From contig NC_086107.1 in the NCBI RefSeq assembly GCF_963921235.1, positions 112,098,001 through 112,162,000 of the forward strand: a stretch of 64,000 nt of DNA, read 5' to 3'. Source of the DNA: Mobula hypostoma (taxonomy: Eukaryota). The notes beneath the pieces were generated by a model, which saw only the letters and a list, made by a program, of their open reading frames with translations, did not search any database and was not told the DNA's origin. The translations under genes and the position numbers were made by a program. Below are positions 38,212 through 51,900 of the stretch, piece after piece; the stretch's first letter is position 1, and every line of letters starts with the position of its first letter.

Positions 38212-39020
38212 GTGCAGAGCTGGGCTGAGAAGTGGCAGGTGGAGCTCAATATGGAAAAGTGTGAAGTGGTAAAATTTAGAAGATTGAACTTGAAGGCAGA
38301 GTACAAGGTTAATGGTAAGATTCTTAGAAGTGTGGAGAAACATAGAGATCTTGTGGTCCAGGTCCATAGATTCCTCAAAGCTGCTATGCAAGTTGATAGC
38401 GTGGGTAAGAAGGCATATGGTGTGTTGGCCTTCATTAGTTGGGGAACTGAGTTCAAGAGCTGCAAGGTAGTGTTGCAGCTCTATAAAACTGTGGTTAGGC
38501 CACACTTGGAGTGTTGCATTCAGCTCTGATTGTTTCATTAGAAGAAGAATGTGGAAACTTCAGAGGGTGCAGAGGAGATTTACCAGGATCCTGCCTGGAT
38601 TAGAGGGCATATCTTATGTGGAAAGGCTGAGTGACCTTTGGAACAAAGAAGGATAAGGGGTTCTTAACATAGTAAGGCAGATAGATAGAGTAGACAGCCA
38701 GTGCCTTTTCTTTCCACAGTGGCAATGGCTAATATGTGAGGGTATAATGTTAGGGTGATTGGAGGAAAGTATAGGGGGATGTCAGAAGTAGGTATCTTAC
38801 ACAAAGAGTGGTATGTGCGTGGAACACATTGCCGGGTGTGGTGGCAGAGGCATATACCTTAAAGACATTTAAGTGACCCTTAGATAGGTACATGGATGAA
38901 ATTAAAATGGAGATCTTTTTCGGAGGGAAAGGTTAGATCGATCTTGGTGTAGGTTAAGAGGTTGGCTCAACATCTTGAGCTGAAGGACTTGTACTGTGCT
39001 GTAATATTTTATGTTCTGTG
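38212..39020 (+). mobile_element. CR1 3' fragment
   Basis: WAEKWQVELNMEKCEVV...LYKTVVRPHLE. Confidence 0.85.
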
Positions 39021-39124
39021 ATAACTGGTCATTGATCTGAAACATTTGCTCCATCTCCCTCTTCAAAAATGCTGTTAATCTACGAGTATTTCTTGGGTTT
39101 AATTGTAGGCAGAGAATTACAAGC

Positions 39125-39436
39125 TCACTGGATGTTTTCCTCGCACCATTCTCTGTATACCCTAGAGACAGTTGTGCAATGAAAATCCCAGGAGATCAGC
39201 AGTTTCTGAGATACTCAAACCACCCCGTCTGCATCAACGATGATTCCATGATCAAAGTCACTTAGATCATATTTCTACCGCATTCTGATGTTTGGTCTGA
39301 ACAGTGTCTGAACAGCAACTGAACCTCTTGACCATGTCAGCGTGCTTTGAGTTACTGCCACATGATTAGCTGATGAGATATTTGCATTTTTGAGCAGGTG
39401 TACAGGTACACCTAATGAAGTGACCATAGATTGTAG
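39125..39436 (-). mobile_element. Partial non-autonomous Tc1-like element (family of 2355)
   Basis: gaaaatcccaggagatcagcagtttctgagatactcaaaccacc shared with 2711. One degenerate TIR. Confidence 0.8.
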
Positions 39437-39489
39437 AACAGTACAGCACAGGAATAGGCCCTTCTAGTCTTCTAGGTGAAGATCTTTCT

Positions 39490-40205
39490 TCTGACATTGT
39501 GGTGTTCGCTGAGCTTGGCAATTAGCTTGCAGACGTTTCGTCACCAGTTGAGGTGATGTCCTCAGTGCGCAGCTGTTGGTGTTTCTCTCTGGAAATGCTC
39601 GCAGTTATATAAAACCATAAGACATAGGAGCAGAATTAGGCCATTCCATCATGGCTGATCCTGGATCCCACTCAACCCCATACACCTGCCTTCTCACCAT
39701 ATCCTTTGATCCCTTGACTGATCAAGACACGATCAACTTCCGCCTTAAATATGTGCACGGACCTGGCCTCCACCACAGTCTGCGGCAGAGCGTTCCACAG
39801 ATTTACTAATCTCTGGCTAAAATTCCTCCTTACCTCTGTTCTAAACAGTTGCCCCTCAATTTTGAGGCTGTGCCTCTAGTTCTGGATACCCCCACCATAG
39901 AAAACATCCTCTCCACATCCACCTTATCTAGCCCTCTCCCCATTCACTTGCCTCGGTCCTGATTGGCTACCCCTTCAGTTGACCCTTAACGTACCTCTCA
40001 CGTTTCTTTGGCTCAAAGAGGTTCGTAGATGGCGTCTCTCTCTGTTTGTTTACAGAGGACTATATAAATGCACCCAGAGAGAAACACCCAACAACTGCAC
40101 CTTTGAGGGTGTCTCCTTGATTGGTGATGAAATGTCTGCAAGCTAGCTGCCAGGCTCAGGAAACACTGCAACATCAAACGCCTCAGCCTGAGCTACCAGT
40201 ATCAA
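39490..40205. mobile_element. Inverted pair of termini of a second Penelope-like family, with a CR1 tail inserted (~39615-39930)
   Basis: 39500-39611 is the reverse complement of ~40060-40170. Hammerhead core at 39528-39568 (-). DAIYEPL-like ORF end on - strand near 40030. Confidence 0.6.
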
Positions 40206-41229
40206 CCCCTATCCTGAAGCTGCTTCCTCTCTCATGGATGAGGTCTTCAGAGCTTCTGTTGGCATTTCTGTAGCTCTGTGTCTTTACAGGATGGGCCAAG
40301 CCTCCTCCTTTCGCAGCCGGGCTTGGGATCTTTCATGGCAGAGTTAAGTGCTGATTGATGATCAATAAGAATATTAGTAGGAAAGTCTATGTCAGCAAGA
40401 TTGTCCGTAATTATAATTGTAGATAGAATTGGCAATTGGTTTGATGAATTAATCATGTACTGTATGTGCAATTGTAGAGGTTGTTAATGAACGTGCCTGT
40501 ACATGTCAATTAGCTTTTAAGTAACCTCTTTCAAAGTGCTCTTTAAGTTACTTCTGGAGTTGCTAAACACTTTACAGCAATAACATTACAGTACAATATA
40601 GGAAACATAAGTAATTTGTAAATTGTTCAAAATTCTACCACCAGCAGTAGGATGTGACTGTCAGTCTATTTGTGATGTTGATTGTTAAGCCCATCACCCC
40701 TACTGGGGCATAGGCTGCTGCAGCAGCTCACCTGAGTTCTCTGTCCTGTGCCAGTCTTCCAAGTTGTCCCCAGGTGTAGCCCACCTTCCTCTCCTAGGGA
40801 TGAGATCTTTGCAGCTTCTGCTGGCATTTCTGTAGCTCTGGATTTTTACTGGATGGGGTTCTAGCCCCATGCCCAACCATCCACCTTTCTCATCCGGGCT
40901 TGGTGAAGTTATTTGCAACACTAATTGACTATTAACCATTAGCCAGACCTCCCCCATCTTTCTTCAGAATACTGCATTTACCAAAAAGGGACTGGGGCCC
41001 CAGTGACCTGGAAGAGTGTGCAACTGGCACAGTAATTGTGGTGTAGGTGGTAACATTTTGACATGGATAGAAGACTGGCTGGTTTACAAGAAATAAAGAG
41101 TAGGCCTCAGCAGAGCTTTTCTTGGTTGGTGAGGGGTAATGAATGATTGCCATGGAGACCAGTCCTGACAGCTCAACTTTTTACAATTTATACGAACAAC
41201 TTGGATGCATATTCTAGGAGTGTTGTTGC

Positions 41230-42100
41230 CAATTGATAATAGAAAGATAGAAAAGTAAGTCATAAAGAGAACCAGGCTATCAAAATTTGCAGAGGGCTTT
41301 GGACCAGCTGGAAAAACGGACTGAAAAATGGTGGATGGAACTGAATGCAGACAAGGTGCGAGGTATTGCACTTTGGGGGGACAAGCCAGGGTAGGACTTA
41401 CACAGTGAACGATAGGGCACTGAGGAGTGCAGTAGAACAGAGTCCCCGAGGAATAAAGACCCATAATTCCTTGAAAGAGGCTTCACAGGTAGATGGGGTC
41501 GTAAAGAAAGCTCTTGGCACATAGGCCATCCTAAATCAAAATATTGAGTACAAGGCCTGGGGTGTTTTGTTGAAGTGGTATAGGACTTTGGTGAGGCCTA
41601 ATATGGAGTATTATGTGCACTTCTACAGGAAAGGTATCAATAGTAGTGCAAGGATGTTGCTGGGACTTGAGTTCTTGAGTTATAGGGAAAGGTTGAATGG
41701 GCTCGGACTTTATTCCCTGGAGCCATAGGAGAACGAGGGGAGGTTTGATAGAGGTATGCAAAATTGAGGGATGTAGATAGGGTAAATGAAAGAAGGCTTT
41801 CTCTACTGAGATTGGGTGGGACTACAACTAGAGGTCATGAGTTAAGAGTGAAGGGTGAAATGCTTAAGGGGAACATGAGGGGAAATTTCTTCACTCAGAG
41901 AGTGGTGCAAGTGTGGAGCAAGCTGCCAGTAGAGGTGGTAATTGCAGACTTGATTTCAACCTTTAAGAGAAATTTGGGTAAGTACATCTATGAGGGGGGG
42001 TATTGAGAGCTATGATCAAGATGTGAGTCGATGGAACTAGGCAGAATAACCGTTTGTCATGGACTAGATGGGCTGAAGGGCCTGTTTCTGTACTGTAGAA
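41230..42100 (+). mobile_element. CR1 3' fragment
   Basis: TTRGHELRVKG..GNFFTQRVVQVWSKLP. Confidence 0.8.
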
Positions 42101-43890
42101 TCAACATCTATCTCCTCACTTCCTCTGATCCTGATATGCTGAGCCCCTTGCCCCCTCTCTGTTAATAACCATTCTAATCCCACCATTCCCCCCTTCACCC
42201 CAGACGCATTCACTTCTCCCTTTCTTCCCCCCACCCCCCGATCTCACCTTATACTTCACGTGAAGAAAGAAGATGTTCGCAAGCTATTTTGGAAAACAGA
42301 TCATTGGATAAAGCTGCAGGCCCTGATGGTGTCTCACCTCATACTCTAAGGCACTGTGTGGACCAGCTAGCACCTGTCTTCGCTGAGATATTTGACACTT
42401 CCCTGCAATTATGTGGGGTTCTGGACTGTTTTAAGGTTGCCACAATCATTCCAGTTCCCAAGAAAGATAAGATCACTGGATTTAATGATTAAGAGGCCAG
42501 TTGCTCTGACTTCAGTAGTATTGAAAACTTTTGTATGTCTGGTATTGGCCTACCTTAAGTCCATCACTGCTTCTTTTCTTTACCCATGACAGTTTGTTTA
42601 TAGAGCGAGTTGTTCAGTTGAGGATGCAGTTCATTTGTGCCTTCACTACATTCTTCAATATTCTGACTCCCCCATCAGCTTTCTGAGGATCTTATTTGTA
42701 GAGTTTAGTTCTGCTTTCAACACTATTGTCCTGGATTTGCTCCAAAGCCAGTTAAGCCAGCTAGCTGTACCCTGCAGTGTCTGTCAGTGGATTATGTACT
42801 TTCTGACAGAAAGGAAGCAGTATGTAAGGCTGGGCTCCTACTTTCCAGTCCAATGTCTATAAGCACAGGCTCTAACCAGGGCTGTGTTCTTTACCCCTCC
42901 TGTTCTCACTTTATACAAATGACTGTACCTCAAAAACAAATCTATTAAAATCCTAAAGCTCACAGATAACACAACTGCAGTTAATCTCTTTAATAATGGT
43001 GAGCGACCTGCTATCAAAGAGAGGAAGACCATCTTGCAGCATGGTGTGCTCGTAACAGTTTGGAGTTTAATGCTATCAAGACAGTGGAAAGGAGGATTGA
43101 CTTCTTCTGATAAACCCCTACCTGGGCCTCTTTGGAAATTAACGGGCAGGCTGTGTCTGTGAATGGGTTATTCAAATTCTAGTGGACTGCTATTACCAAT
43201 ACATTGAAGTGAGACAAGCACATTACACACATCACTAGGAAAGCCCAGCAGAGACTGTTCTTCCAGCAGGGCATATCTTGATGAATTTTTACTCAACCAT
43301 CATTGAAAGTGTTGTGACCATTTCTATCGCCATTTGGTTTCCCGCCTCCTTCCTCTCCAAGTCCAGGTTATAGCCCACTCAGTGGAGAAGATAATTAACT
43401 GTCACCTACGGACATTAAAAGACCTTTTCACTGCGAGAGCGAAGAAAAGAGTTGAAAAACTACTTGCTGACTTCACCCACCCTAGCAGTCACCTATTCAC
43501 CAAATTGCCATCAGGGAGACGCTACAAGTCTATCATCACCAGGATTACACGTCTTCTCTGAAGCTTCTTTCCTGTCACTATCCAGCTTCTCAACAAAACT
43601 CACTCAGGTGTAAAACCCTAAATGTCCCTGCTCAACATCCGTTAAATGGTCTTTCATGATCTCCTTGTTCTGTTGATAATTATTGAGTCTGTCCATATGT
43701 TCACATTTATTTAAGCTTGTTTATTGACATTTGCACATGTAATCATTCTGCTAATTATTGATTGCTCCTGGCTGTTTGCACTATGGTCTTGTAAATTGTT
43801 AGTTGCTATTGTGTTGTCTGTTATGTGTTATGTTTGGCATCGAACCATAATCAATTCTGGTATTTTTTATCAACTGGCAATAAAATGATT
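42100..43890 (+). mobile_element. Rex1/Babar-type LINE RT fragment
   Basis: KAAGPDGVSP, IIPVPKK, RPVALTSVVLKTF, LFVEFSSAFNTIV and LPSGRRY. Confidence 0.85.
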
Positions 43891-44685
43891 CTGATTCTTT
43901 AGTACTCTGTGACTCCTAAGTTTTGGGTTACATGAGTGGGCAAAGATCTGACAAATGAAGTATAATGTGGGAAAATGTGACATTATCCATTTTGGCAGGA
44001 AAAATAAAAAAAGGAACATATTATCTAAATAGTGAGAGATTGTGCACTCTGAGATGTATATAGATACACTAATCTCTCTACATGATTCACAAGAGGCTAC
44101 CACACAGTCAGAACAAGAGCTTCAGGAACAATGATTACCCCTCAACCATCAGATTCTTGAACCAAAGGGGTTAAGTTCAATCAACTTCACTCACCCCATC
44201 ACTGATATGTTTGCACATCCACTGGATTCACTTTCAAAGACACTTCATCTCATGTTCTCTATATTTTTTGCTTATTTATTATTATTATTTTTTCTTTTTG
44301 TATTTGCAACGTTCGTTGTCTTCTACACTCTGGTTGAACGCCTTAGTTGGGTGGTCTTTCATTGATACTATTATTTTTATTATTCTGTAGATTTATTGAG
44401 TATGTTCACAAGAAAATGAATCTCAGGGTTGTATATGGTGACATTAATATACTTTGATAATAACATTTATTTTGAACTTCAAAATATGTAGGGGGCATTT
44501 GGGTACTGAGAAGTTCATATCTGGGTAACTGTGTATGGTATGGGCCTTCTTGTATAAAGAAGGATGGAAACGTGTTAGAAATAGTTCAGAAAAAGCTTAC
44601 TAGACTGATGTCTGCAATACCGTCTTTGAGGAAAAAGTTTGGCTAGATTTGTATCTGTTGAAGCTTAGAAGAGTGTAAGGGGCTT

Positions 44686-45430
44686 CAATGTTCAAAGAAA
44701 ATGTTATTTTTAAAGTACGTAAATGTCACAATATACATCCCTGAGATTCTTTTTCCTGTGGGCATACTCAGCAAATCTATAGAATAATAACTATAACAGG
44801 ATCAATGAAAGATGAACCAGAATGCAGAAGACAACAAATGAATAAATAGCAATAAATAATGAGAACAAGAGATAATGAGATAAAGAGTCCTTAAAGTGAG
44901 ATAATTGATTGTGGGAACATTTCAATGATGGGGTAAGTGAGTGTAGTTATCCCCTTTTATTCAAGAGCCTGATGGTTGAGGGGTGGTAACTTCTTGAACC
45001 CAGTGGGGTGAGTCCTGAGGCTATTGTACCTTGTACCTGATGGCAGCAATGAAAAGACAGCATGGTCTGGATGGTGAGGGATCTCTGATGATGGATGCTG
45101 CTTCCCTATGACAGTGTTTCACGTAGATGTGCTCAATGGTTGAGGGCTTTACCCATGATGTACTGGACCAAATCCACTACCTTTTGTAGGATTTTTCATT
45201 CAAAGGCATTTGTGTTACCATGCTAGGCCATGATGTAGCCACTCAAAATACTCTACACTGCACAACTATCGAAGTTTGTCAAAGTTTTAGATGTCATGCC
45301 AAATCTCCGCAGACTCCTAAAGAAGTAGAGGCACTGCCATGCTTCCCTCACAATTGCATTTGCATGGGGAGTCTAGCTAGGATAAGTCTTCTGAAATAGT
45401 AACGCACAGGAATTTAAGGTTGCTAATCCC
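44686..45430 (-). mobile_element. Rex1/Babar-type LINE 3' fragment
   Basis: Homologous to 46660-47420. Confidence 0.75.
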
Positions 45431-45747
45431 ATCTGCATCGAATTCAGCCTGTGAGGATTGTACTGGGCAGCCCACAAACTTCAGTCACTTCCTAACATAC
45501 CCACAACTCACTAATCATTAGTCTTTGGAATGCGGGAGGAAACCAGAGCACCTGGGGAAAACCTACATGGTTACGTGAAGAACGTACAGACTCTTTACGG
45601 AGAGCGGCGGGAATATTTGCCTCGAAATTTTTGTGTTTTTTTTTGGATTGAGCTTGATTCGGAGGCAAGACTGCTACCTGTTTTTATATTTGGCAAGATA
45701 TGATTATGAACTCTCGAACTTTTGATCATTCTAAAATCCTGCTACCC

Positions 45748-46505
45748 ATAGAGTCATTGAAAAGTACAGCATAGAAACAGGCCCTTCAGCCCATCTAGTC
45801 CGTACTGAATCATTTAAACTGTCTACTCCCAACAAACTACGCTGAGAATGTAGTCCTCCATACCCCTTTCATCCATGTACCTATCCAAATTTGTCTTATA
45901 TGTTGAAATCGAACTTGTATGCATCACTTGCGCTGGCCGTTGAATTGAATTGGCGTTATTACTTACATGTACTTGAGGAGTAAAGATCTTTACGCTTGTT
46001 CCACGCTCACACGACACAACGAGTTAAGTTTTCCTTCATGCTAATAAAGTTCATGACACATCCCGGTGATAATATGCCTGATTCTCATTCTCATGTTCCC
46101 CTTAAACTTTTCACCTTTCTACCTTAACCCGTGACCTCTGGTTGTAGTCCCACCCAACCTCAGTGGAAAAACCCTGCTTGCCTTTACCCGATCTGTACCC
46201 CTCACAATTTTGTATCCCTCTATCAAATCTCCTCTCAATCTTCTACGTTCCAAGGAATAAAGTCATAACCTATTCAATCTTTCCTTATAGCTCAGGTCCT
46301 CCAGACCTGGCAACACCCTTGTAAATTTTCTCTGTGCTCTTTCAATTTTATTTACATCTTTTCTGTCGGTAGATGACAAAACTGCACACAGTTCTCCAAA
46401 TTACCCTCACCAATGTCTTATACAATTTCAACATAATATCCCATCTCCTGTATTCAATATTTTGATTTATGAACGCCAATTTGCCAAAAGCTTTATTTTA
46501 CGACC
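45748..46505 (-). mobile_element. CR1 3' fragment
   Basis: catagagtcat tail, YKTNLDRYMD and typical CR1 reverse-strand motifs. Confidence 0.7.
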
Positions 46506-47421
46506 ATATTGAAGTAATAACAGCCACACCACAGCAGCAGCACGTAGTTTGTTCAGATTAAAGAGGATTAGCAAATCCTTCAGTAAAGTTTATTGTCATT
46601 TAACTACATACCATCAAAGGAGACAATGTTTCTGCAGACTAGGATGTAAGCACAGTAGTTCAAAGTACAATTTATTATCTGAGTACATGCCTGTCACCAC
46701 ATACAACCCTGAGATTCGTTTTCTGTGGGCATACTTAACAATCTATAGAACAGTAACTGTAGACATGAGAAACTGTAAGCAAACTGTGCAAATGCAGAAA
46801 TAAATAAATAGCAGTAAGTAATGAGCATGAAATAACAAGATAAAAGGATCCTTAAATGAGTGTGGGTATCCCCTTTTGTTTAAGAGCCTGATGGTTGAGG
46901 GGTAGTAACTGTTCTTGAACCTGGTGGTGCGAATCCTGAGGCTCTTGTACCTTCAACCTGATGCAGCAGCGAGAAAAGAGCATGGCCTGGGTGGTGAGAA
47001 TCTTTGATGCTGCTTTTCTATGGCAACGTTTCATGTAGATGTGCTCAATGTTTGGGAGGGTTTTACCCGTGATGTACTGGGCTGAATCCACTACCTTTTA
47101 TAGGATATTCCACTCAAAGGTATTGGTGTTCCCGTACCAGGCCATGATGCAGCCAGTAAGCACACTTTCCACCACACATCTATGGAAGTTTGCCAAGGTC
47201 TTTGATGATATGCTGATTCTCCACAGACTTCTGATGAAGTAGAGGTGTTGTTGTGCTTTCTTCACAATTATATTTATCTGATGGGTCCAGGACAGGTCCT
47301 CTGAGATGGTGACACCCAGGAATTTAAAGTTACTGACCTCTCTACCTCTGACCCTCCAATGATTACTGGCTCACAGACCTTTCCTGAAGTCTACAATCAG
47401 GTCCTTGGTCTTATTGACATT

Positions 47422-50400
47422 AAATAGAATAGAATAGTACAGCACAGTACAGGCCCTTCGGCCCACAATGTTGTGCCGACCCTCAAACCCTGCCTCCCAT
47501 ATGACCCCCCACCTTAAATTCCTCCATATACCTGTCTCTTAAACTTCACTAGTGTATCTGCCTCCACCACTGACTCAGGCAGTGCATTCCACACACCAAC
47601 CACTCTCTGAGTAAAAAACCTTCCTCTAATATCCCCCTTGAATTTCCCACCCCTTACCTTAAAGCTATTTCCTCTTGTATTGAGCAGTGGTGCCCTGGGG
47701 AAGAGGCACTGGCTATCCACTCTATCTATTCCTCTTATTATCTTGTACACCTCTATCATGTCTGCTGTCATCCTTCTTCTCTCCAAAGAGTAAAGCCCTA
47801 GCTCCCTTAATCTCTGATCATAATGCATACTCTCTAAACCAGGCAACATCCTGGTAAATCTCCTCTGTACCCTTTCCAATGCTTCTACATCCTTCCTATA
47901 GTGAGGCGACCAGAACTGGACACAGTACTCCAAGTGTGGCCTAACCAGAGTTTTATAGAGCTGCATCATTACGTCGCAACTCTTAAACTCTGTCCCTCGA
48001 CTTATGAAAGCTAACACCCCATAAGCTTTCTTAACTACCCTATCCACCTGTGAGACAACTTTCAGGGATCTGTGGACATGTACCCCCAGATCCCTCTGCT
48101 CCTCCACACTACCAAGTATCCTGCCATCTACTTTGTACTCTGCCTTGGAGTTTGTTCTTCCAAAGTGTACCACCTCACACTTCTCCGGGTTGAACTCCAT
48201 CTGCCACTTCTCAGCCCACTTCTGCATCCTATCAATGTCTCTCTGCAATCTTTCACAATCCTCTACACTACCTACAACACCACCAACCTTTGTGTTGTCT
48301 GCAAACTTGCCAACCCACCCTTCTACCCCCACATCCAGGTCGTTAATAAAAATCACGAAAAGTAGAGGTCCCAGAATAGATCCTTGTGGGACACCACTAG
48401 TCACAATCCTCCAATCTGAATGTACTCCCTCCACCGCAACCCTCTGCCTTCTGCAGGCAAGCCAATTCTGAATCCACCTGGCCAAACTTCACTGGATCCC
48501 ATGCCTTGTGACTTTCTGAATAAGCCTACCATGTGGAACCTTGTCAAATGCCTTACTAAAATCCACATAGATCACATCCACTGCTCTACCCTCATCTATA
48601 TGCATGGTCACCTCCTCAAAGAACTCCATCAGGCTTGTTAGACACGATCTGCCCTTCACAAAGCCATGCTGACTGTCCCTGATCAGGCCATGATTCTCTA
48701 AATGCCCATAGATCCCATCTCTAAGAATCTATTCCAACAGCTTTCCCACCACAGACGCAAGGCTCACTGGTCTATAATTACCCGGACTATCCCCACTACC
48801 TTTTTTGAACAAGGGGACAACATTCGCCTCCCTCTAATCCTTCGGTACCATTCCCGTGGACAACGAGGACATAAAGATCCTAGCCGGAGGCTCAGCAATC
48901 TCTTCCCTCTTGTGGAGCAGCCTGGGGAATATTCCATCAGGCCCCGGGGACTTATCCGTCCTACTGTATTTTAACAACTCCAACACCACCTCTCCCTTAA
49001 TATCAACATGCTCCAGAACATCAACCTCACTCAAATTGTCCTCACTATCAAATTCCCTCTCATTGGTGAATACCGAGAGAAGTATTCATTGAGGACCTCG
49101 CTCACTTCCACAGCCTCCAGGCATATCTTCCCATCTTTATCTCTAATCAGTCCTACCTTCACTCCTGTCATCCTTTTTTTCTTTACATAATTGAATGCCT
49201 TGGGGTTTTCCTTTACCCTACTCGCCAAGGCCTTCTCATGCCCCCTTCTTGCTCTTCTCAGCCCCTTCTTAAGCTCCTTTCTTGCTACCCTATATTCCTC
49301 AATAGACTCATCTGATCCTTGCTTCCTAAACCTCATGAATGCTGCCTTCTTCCACCTGACTAGATTTTCCACCTCACTTGTCACCCATGGTTCCTTCACC
49401 CTACCATTCTTTATCTTCCTCACCGGGACAAATTTATCCCTAACATCCTGCAAGAGATCTCTAAACATCAACCACATGTCAATAGTACATTTCCCTGCAA
49501 AAACATCATCCCAGTTCACACCCGCAAGTTCTAGCCTTATAGCCTCATAATTTGCCCTTCCCCAATTAAAAATTTTCCTGTCCTCTCTGATTCAATCCTT
49601 TTCCATGATAATGCTAAAGGCCAGGGAGCAGTCCCCCAGATGCTCACTCACTGAGAGAACTGTGACCTAACCCAGTTCATTACCTAGTACTAGATCTAGT
49701 ATGGCATTCCCCCTAATCGGCTTCTCTATATACTGTGACAGGAATCCGTCCTGGACACACTTAACAAACTCTGCCCCATCTAAACCCTTGGAACTAATCA
49801 GGTGCCAATCAATATTAGGGAAGTTAAAGTCACCCATGATAATAACCCTGTTATTTTTGCACCTTTCCAAAATCTGCCTCCCAATCTGCTCCTCTGTATC
49901 TCTGCTGCTACCAGGGTGCCTATAGAATACCCCCAATAGGGTAACTGCTCCCTTCCTGTTCCTGACTTCCACCCATACTGACTCAAAAGAGGATCCTGCT
50001 ACATTACCCACCCTTTCTGTAGCTGTAATAGTATCCCTGACCAGTAGTGCCATCCCTCCTCCCCTTTTTCCCTCCTCTCTATCCCTTTTATAGCACTGAA
50101 ATCCAGGAATATTGAGAATCCATTCCTGCCCTGGTGCCAGCCAATTCTCTGTAATGGCCACTACATCATAATTCCATGTATGTATCCAAGCTCTCAATTC
50201 ATCACCTTTGTTCCTGATGCTTCTTGCATTGAGGTACACACACTTCAGCCCTTCTACCTTACTGTCTTTACACTGTTTATTCTGTTTCTCTTTCCTCAAA
50301 GCCTCTCTATATGTTAGATCTGGCTTTACTCCATGCACTTCTTTCACTGCTCTATCGCTCTGGGTCCCATCCCCCTTGAAAATTAGTTTAAACCCTCCCG

Positions 50401-51900
50401 AACCATGCTAGCAAACCTACCTGCAAGGATATTGCTGCCCCTTGAGTTCGGGTGCAACCTATCCAATCTGTACAGGTCCCACCTTCCCCAGAATGATCCA
50501 AAAATCTAAAATCCTGCTCCCTGCACCAACTGCTCAGCCACGCATTCAATTGCCATCTCCTCCAATTCTTACAATCACTGTCACGTAGCACTGGCAGCAA
50601 TCCTGAGAACGCCACCCCTGAGGTCCTGTTCTTCAGCCTTCTGCCTAGTTCCCGAAACTCACACTTCAGTACCTCATCCCTCTTCCTGCCTATGTCGTTG
50701 GTACCAACGTGTATTACGACTTCTGGTTGCTTTCCCTCTTGTACCAGGATGTCGTGCACCCGGTCAGAGACATCCCGGACCCTGGCACCTGGGAGGCAAC
50801 AAACCATGTGGGTGTCCTTCTCACGTCCACAAAATCTCCTGTCTGCTTTCCTGACTATAGTCTCCAATGACGACAGCTCTCCTCTTCTCCGTCCCACCCT
50901 TCTGCACCACAGGGTCAGACTCAGTGCCGGAGGCCCTGCCACCGTGGCTCACACCTGGTCGGTTGTCCCCGACAACAGTATCCAGGACGGTAAACTTATT
51001 ATTCAGGGGAATGGCTACAGGGGTGCTCTGCACTACCTGTCTGCTCACCTTTGCTCTTCCCCCCTCTGACTGTCACCCAATGACCTGCTTCCGGCAGCCT
51101 AGGTGTGACTACCTCCCTGTAGCTCTCATCTATGACTGCCTCGTTCTTCCTAATGAGTCGGAGGTCATCCAGCTGCTGCTCCAGATTCTTTACATGGTCT
51201 TCCAGATCGCCCAGCCGTATGCACTTCTGGCAGATGTGATTCTGCGGGAGAGGGGAGTTCCCCCACAACTGCCACATCTCACATGAGAGGCACATCACCG
51301 TCTCAAGAGGCATTGTAAAGACTAACTGCGAGCAAGCTTGTCCTCTGCCTCTTCTCGTCGAAGCCTCTCGAGTCAAAGCCTCAAAGCTCCACTCCTTCAC
51401 TGGCCCACTCACGCTCTGGCCGCTTTGCTTGAGCTACCCCTCTATTTATCTGTTTGAGCTTTTCAAAATGCTTGGTCACCTGACCTCCATTGCCCAATCA
51501 GCTGCTTTCTGCTGAGTCTGATCTATTCAAATCTTGATTGACTTGATTGCACAGACCAACTGCCAAAACTGCCAGAACCTCTCGAGTCAAAGCCTCAAAG
51601 CTCCACTCCTTCACTGGCCCAGTCACTCACTGGCTGCTTTCCACAGGCCGCTCCGCTTGAGCTACCCCTCTATTTATCTGTTTGAGCTTCTCAAAATGCT
51701 TGGTCACCTGACCTCGATTGCCCAATCAGCTGCTTTCTGTTGAGTCTGAGCTATTCAAATCTTGATTGTCTAATCAACGGCTTCCTGCTGATCTATTCAA
51801 ATCTTGATTGCACAGACCAACTGCCAAAACTGCCAGAATCTTTCGAGTTAAAGCCTCAAAGCTCCACTCCTTCACTGGCCCACTCACTCACTGGCTGCTT
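47422..51900 (-). mobile_element. Near full-length CR1 LINE (ORF1 zinc finger/coiled coil and SGNH esterase; ORF2 APE endonuclease and RT), frameshifted
   Basis: ORF1: CLSCEMW..HICQKC, LPGARVRDV..VIHVGTNDIG. ORF2: CVYLNARSI, IMGDFNFPNIDW, SGVPQGSILGP, KFADNTK. Tail (ATTCT)n. Confidence 0.95.
51365..51900 (-). repeat. Tandem ~215-260 bp monomers at the CR1 5' end
   Basis: tcgagtcaaagcctcaaagctccactccttcactggccc recurs at ~51367, ~51582 and ~51843. Confidence 0.85.

Noticed and set aside
47514..48485. Active reverse transcriptase gene
   Set aside because: ORF2 is broken into several frames and the catalytic motif reads FADN rather than FADD.
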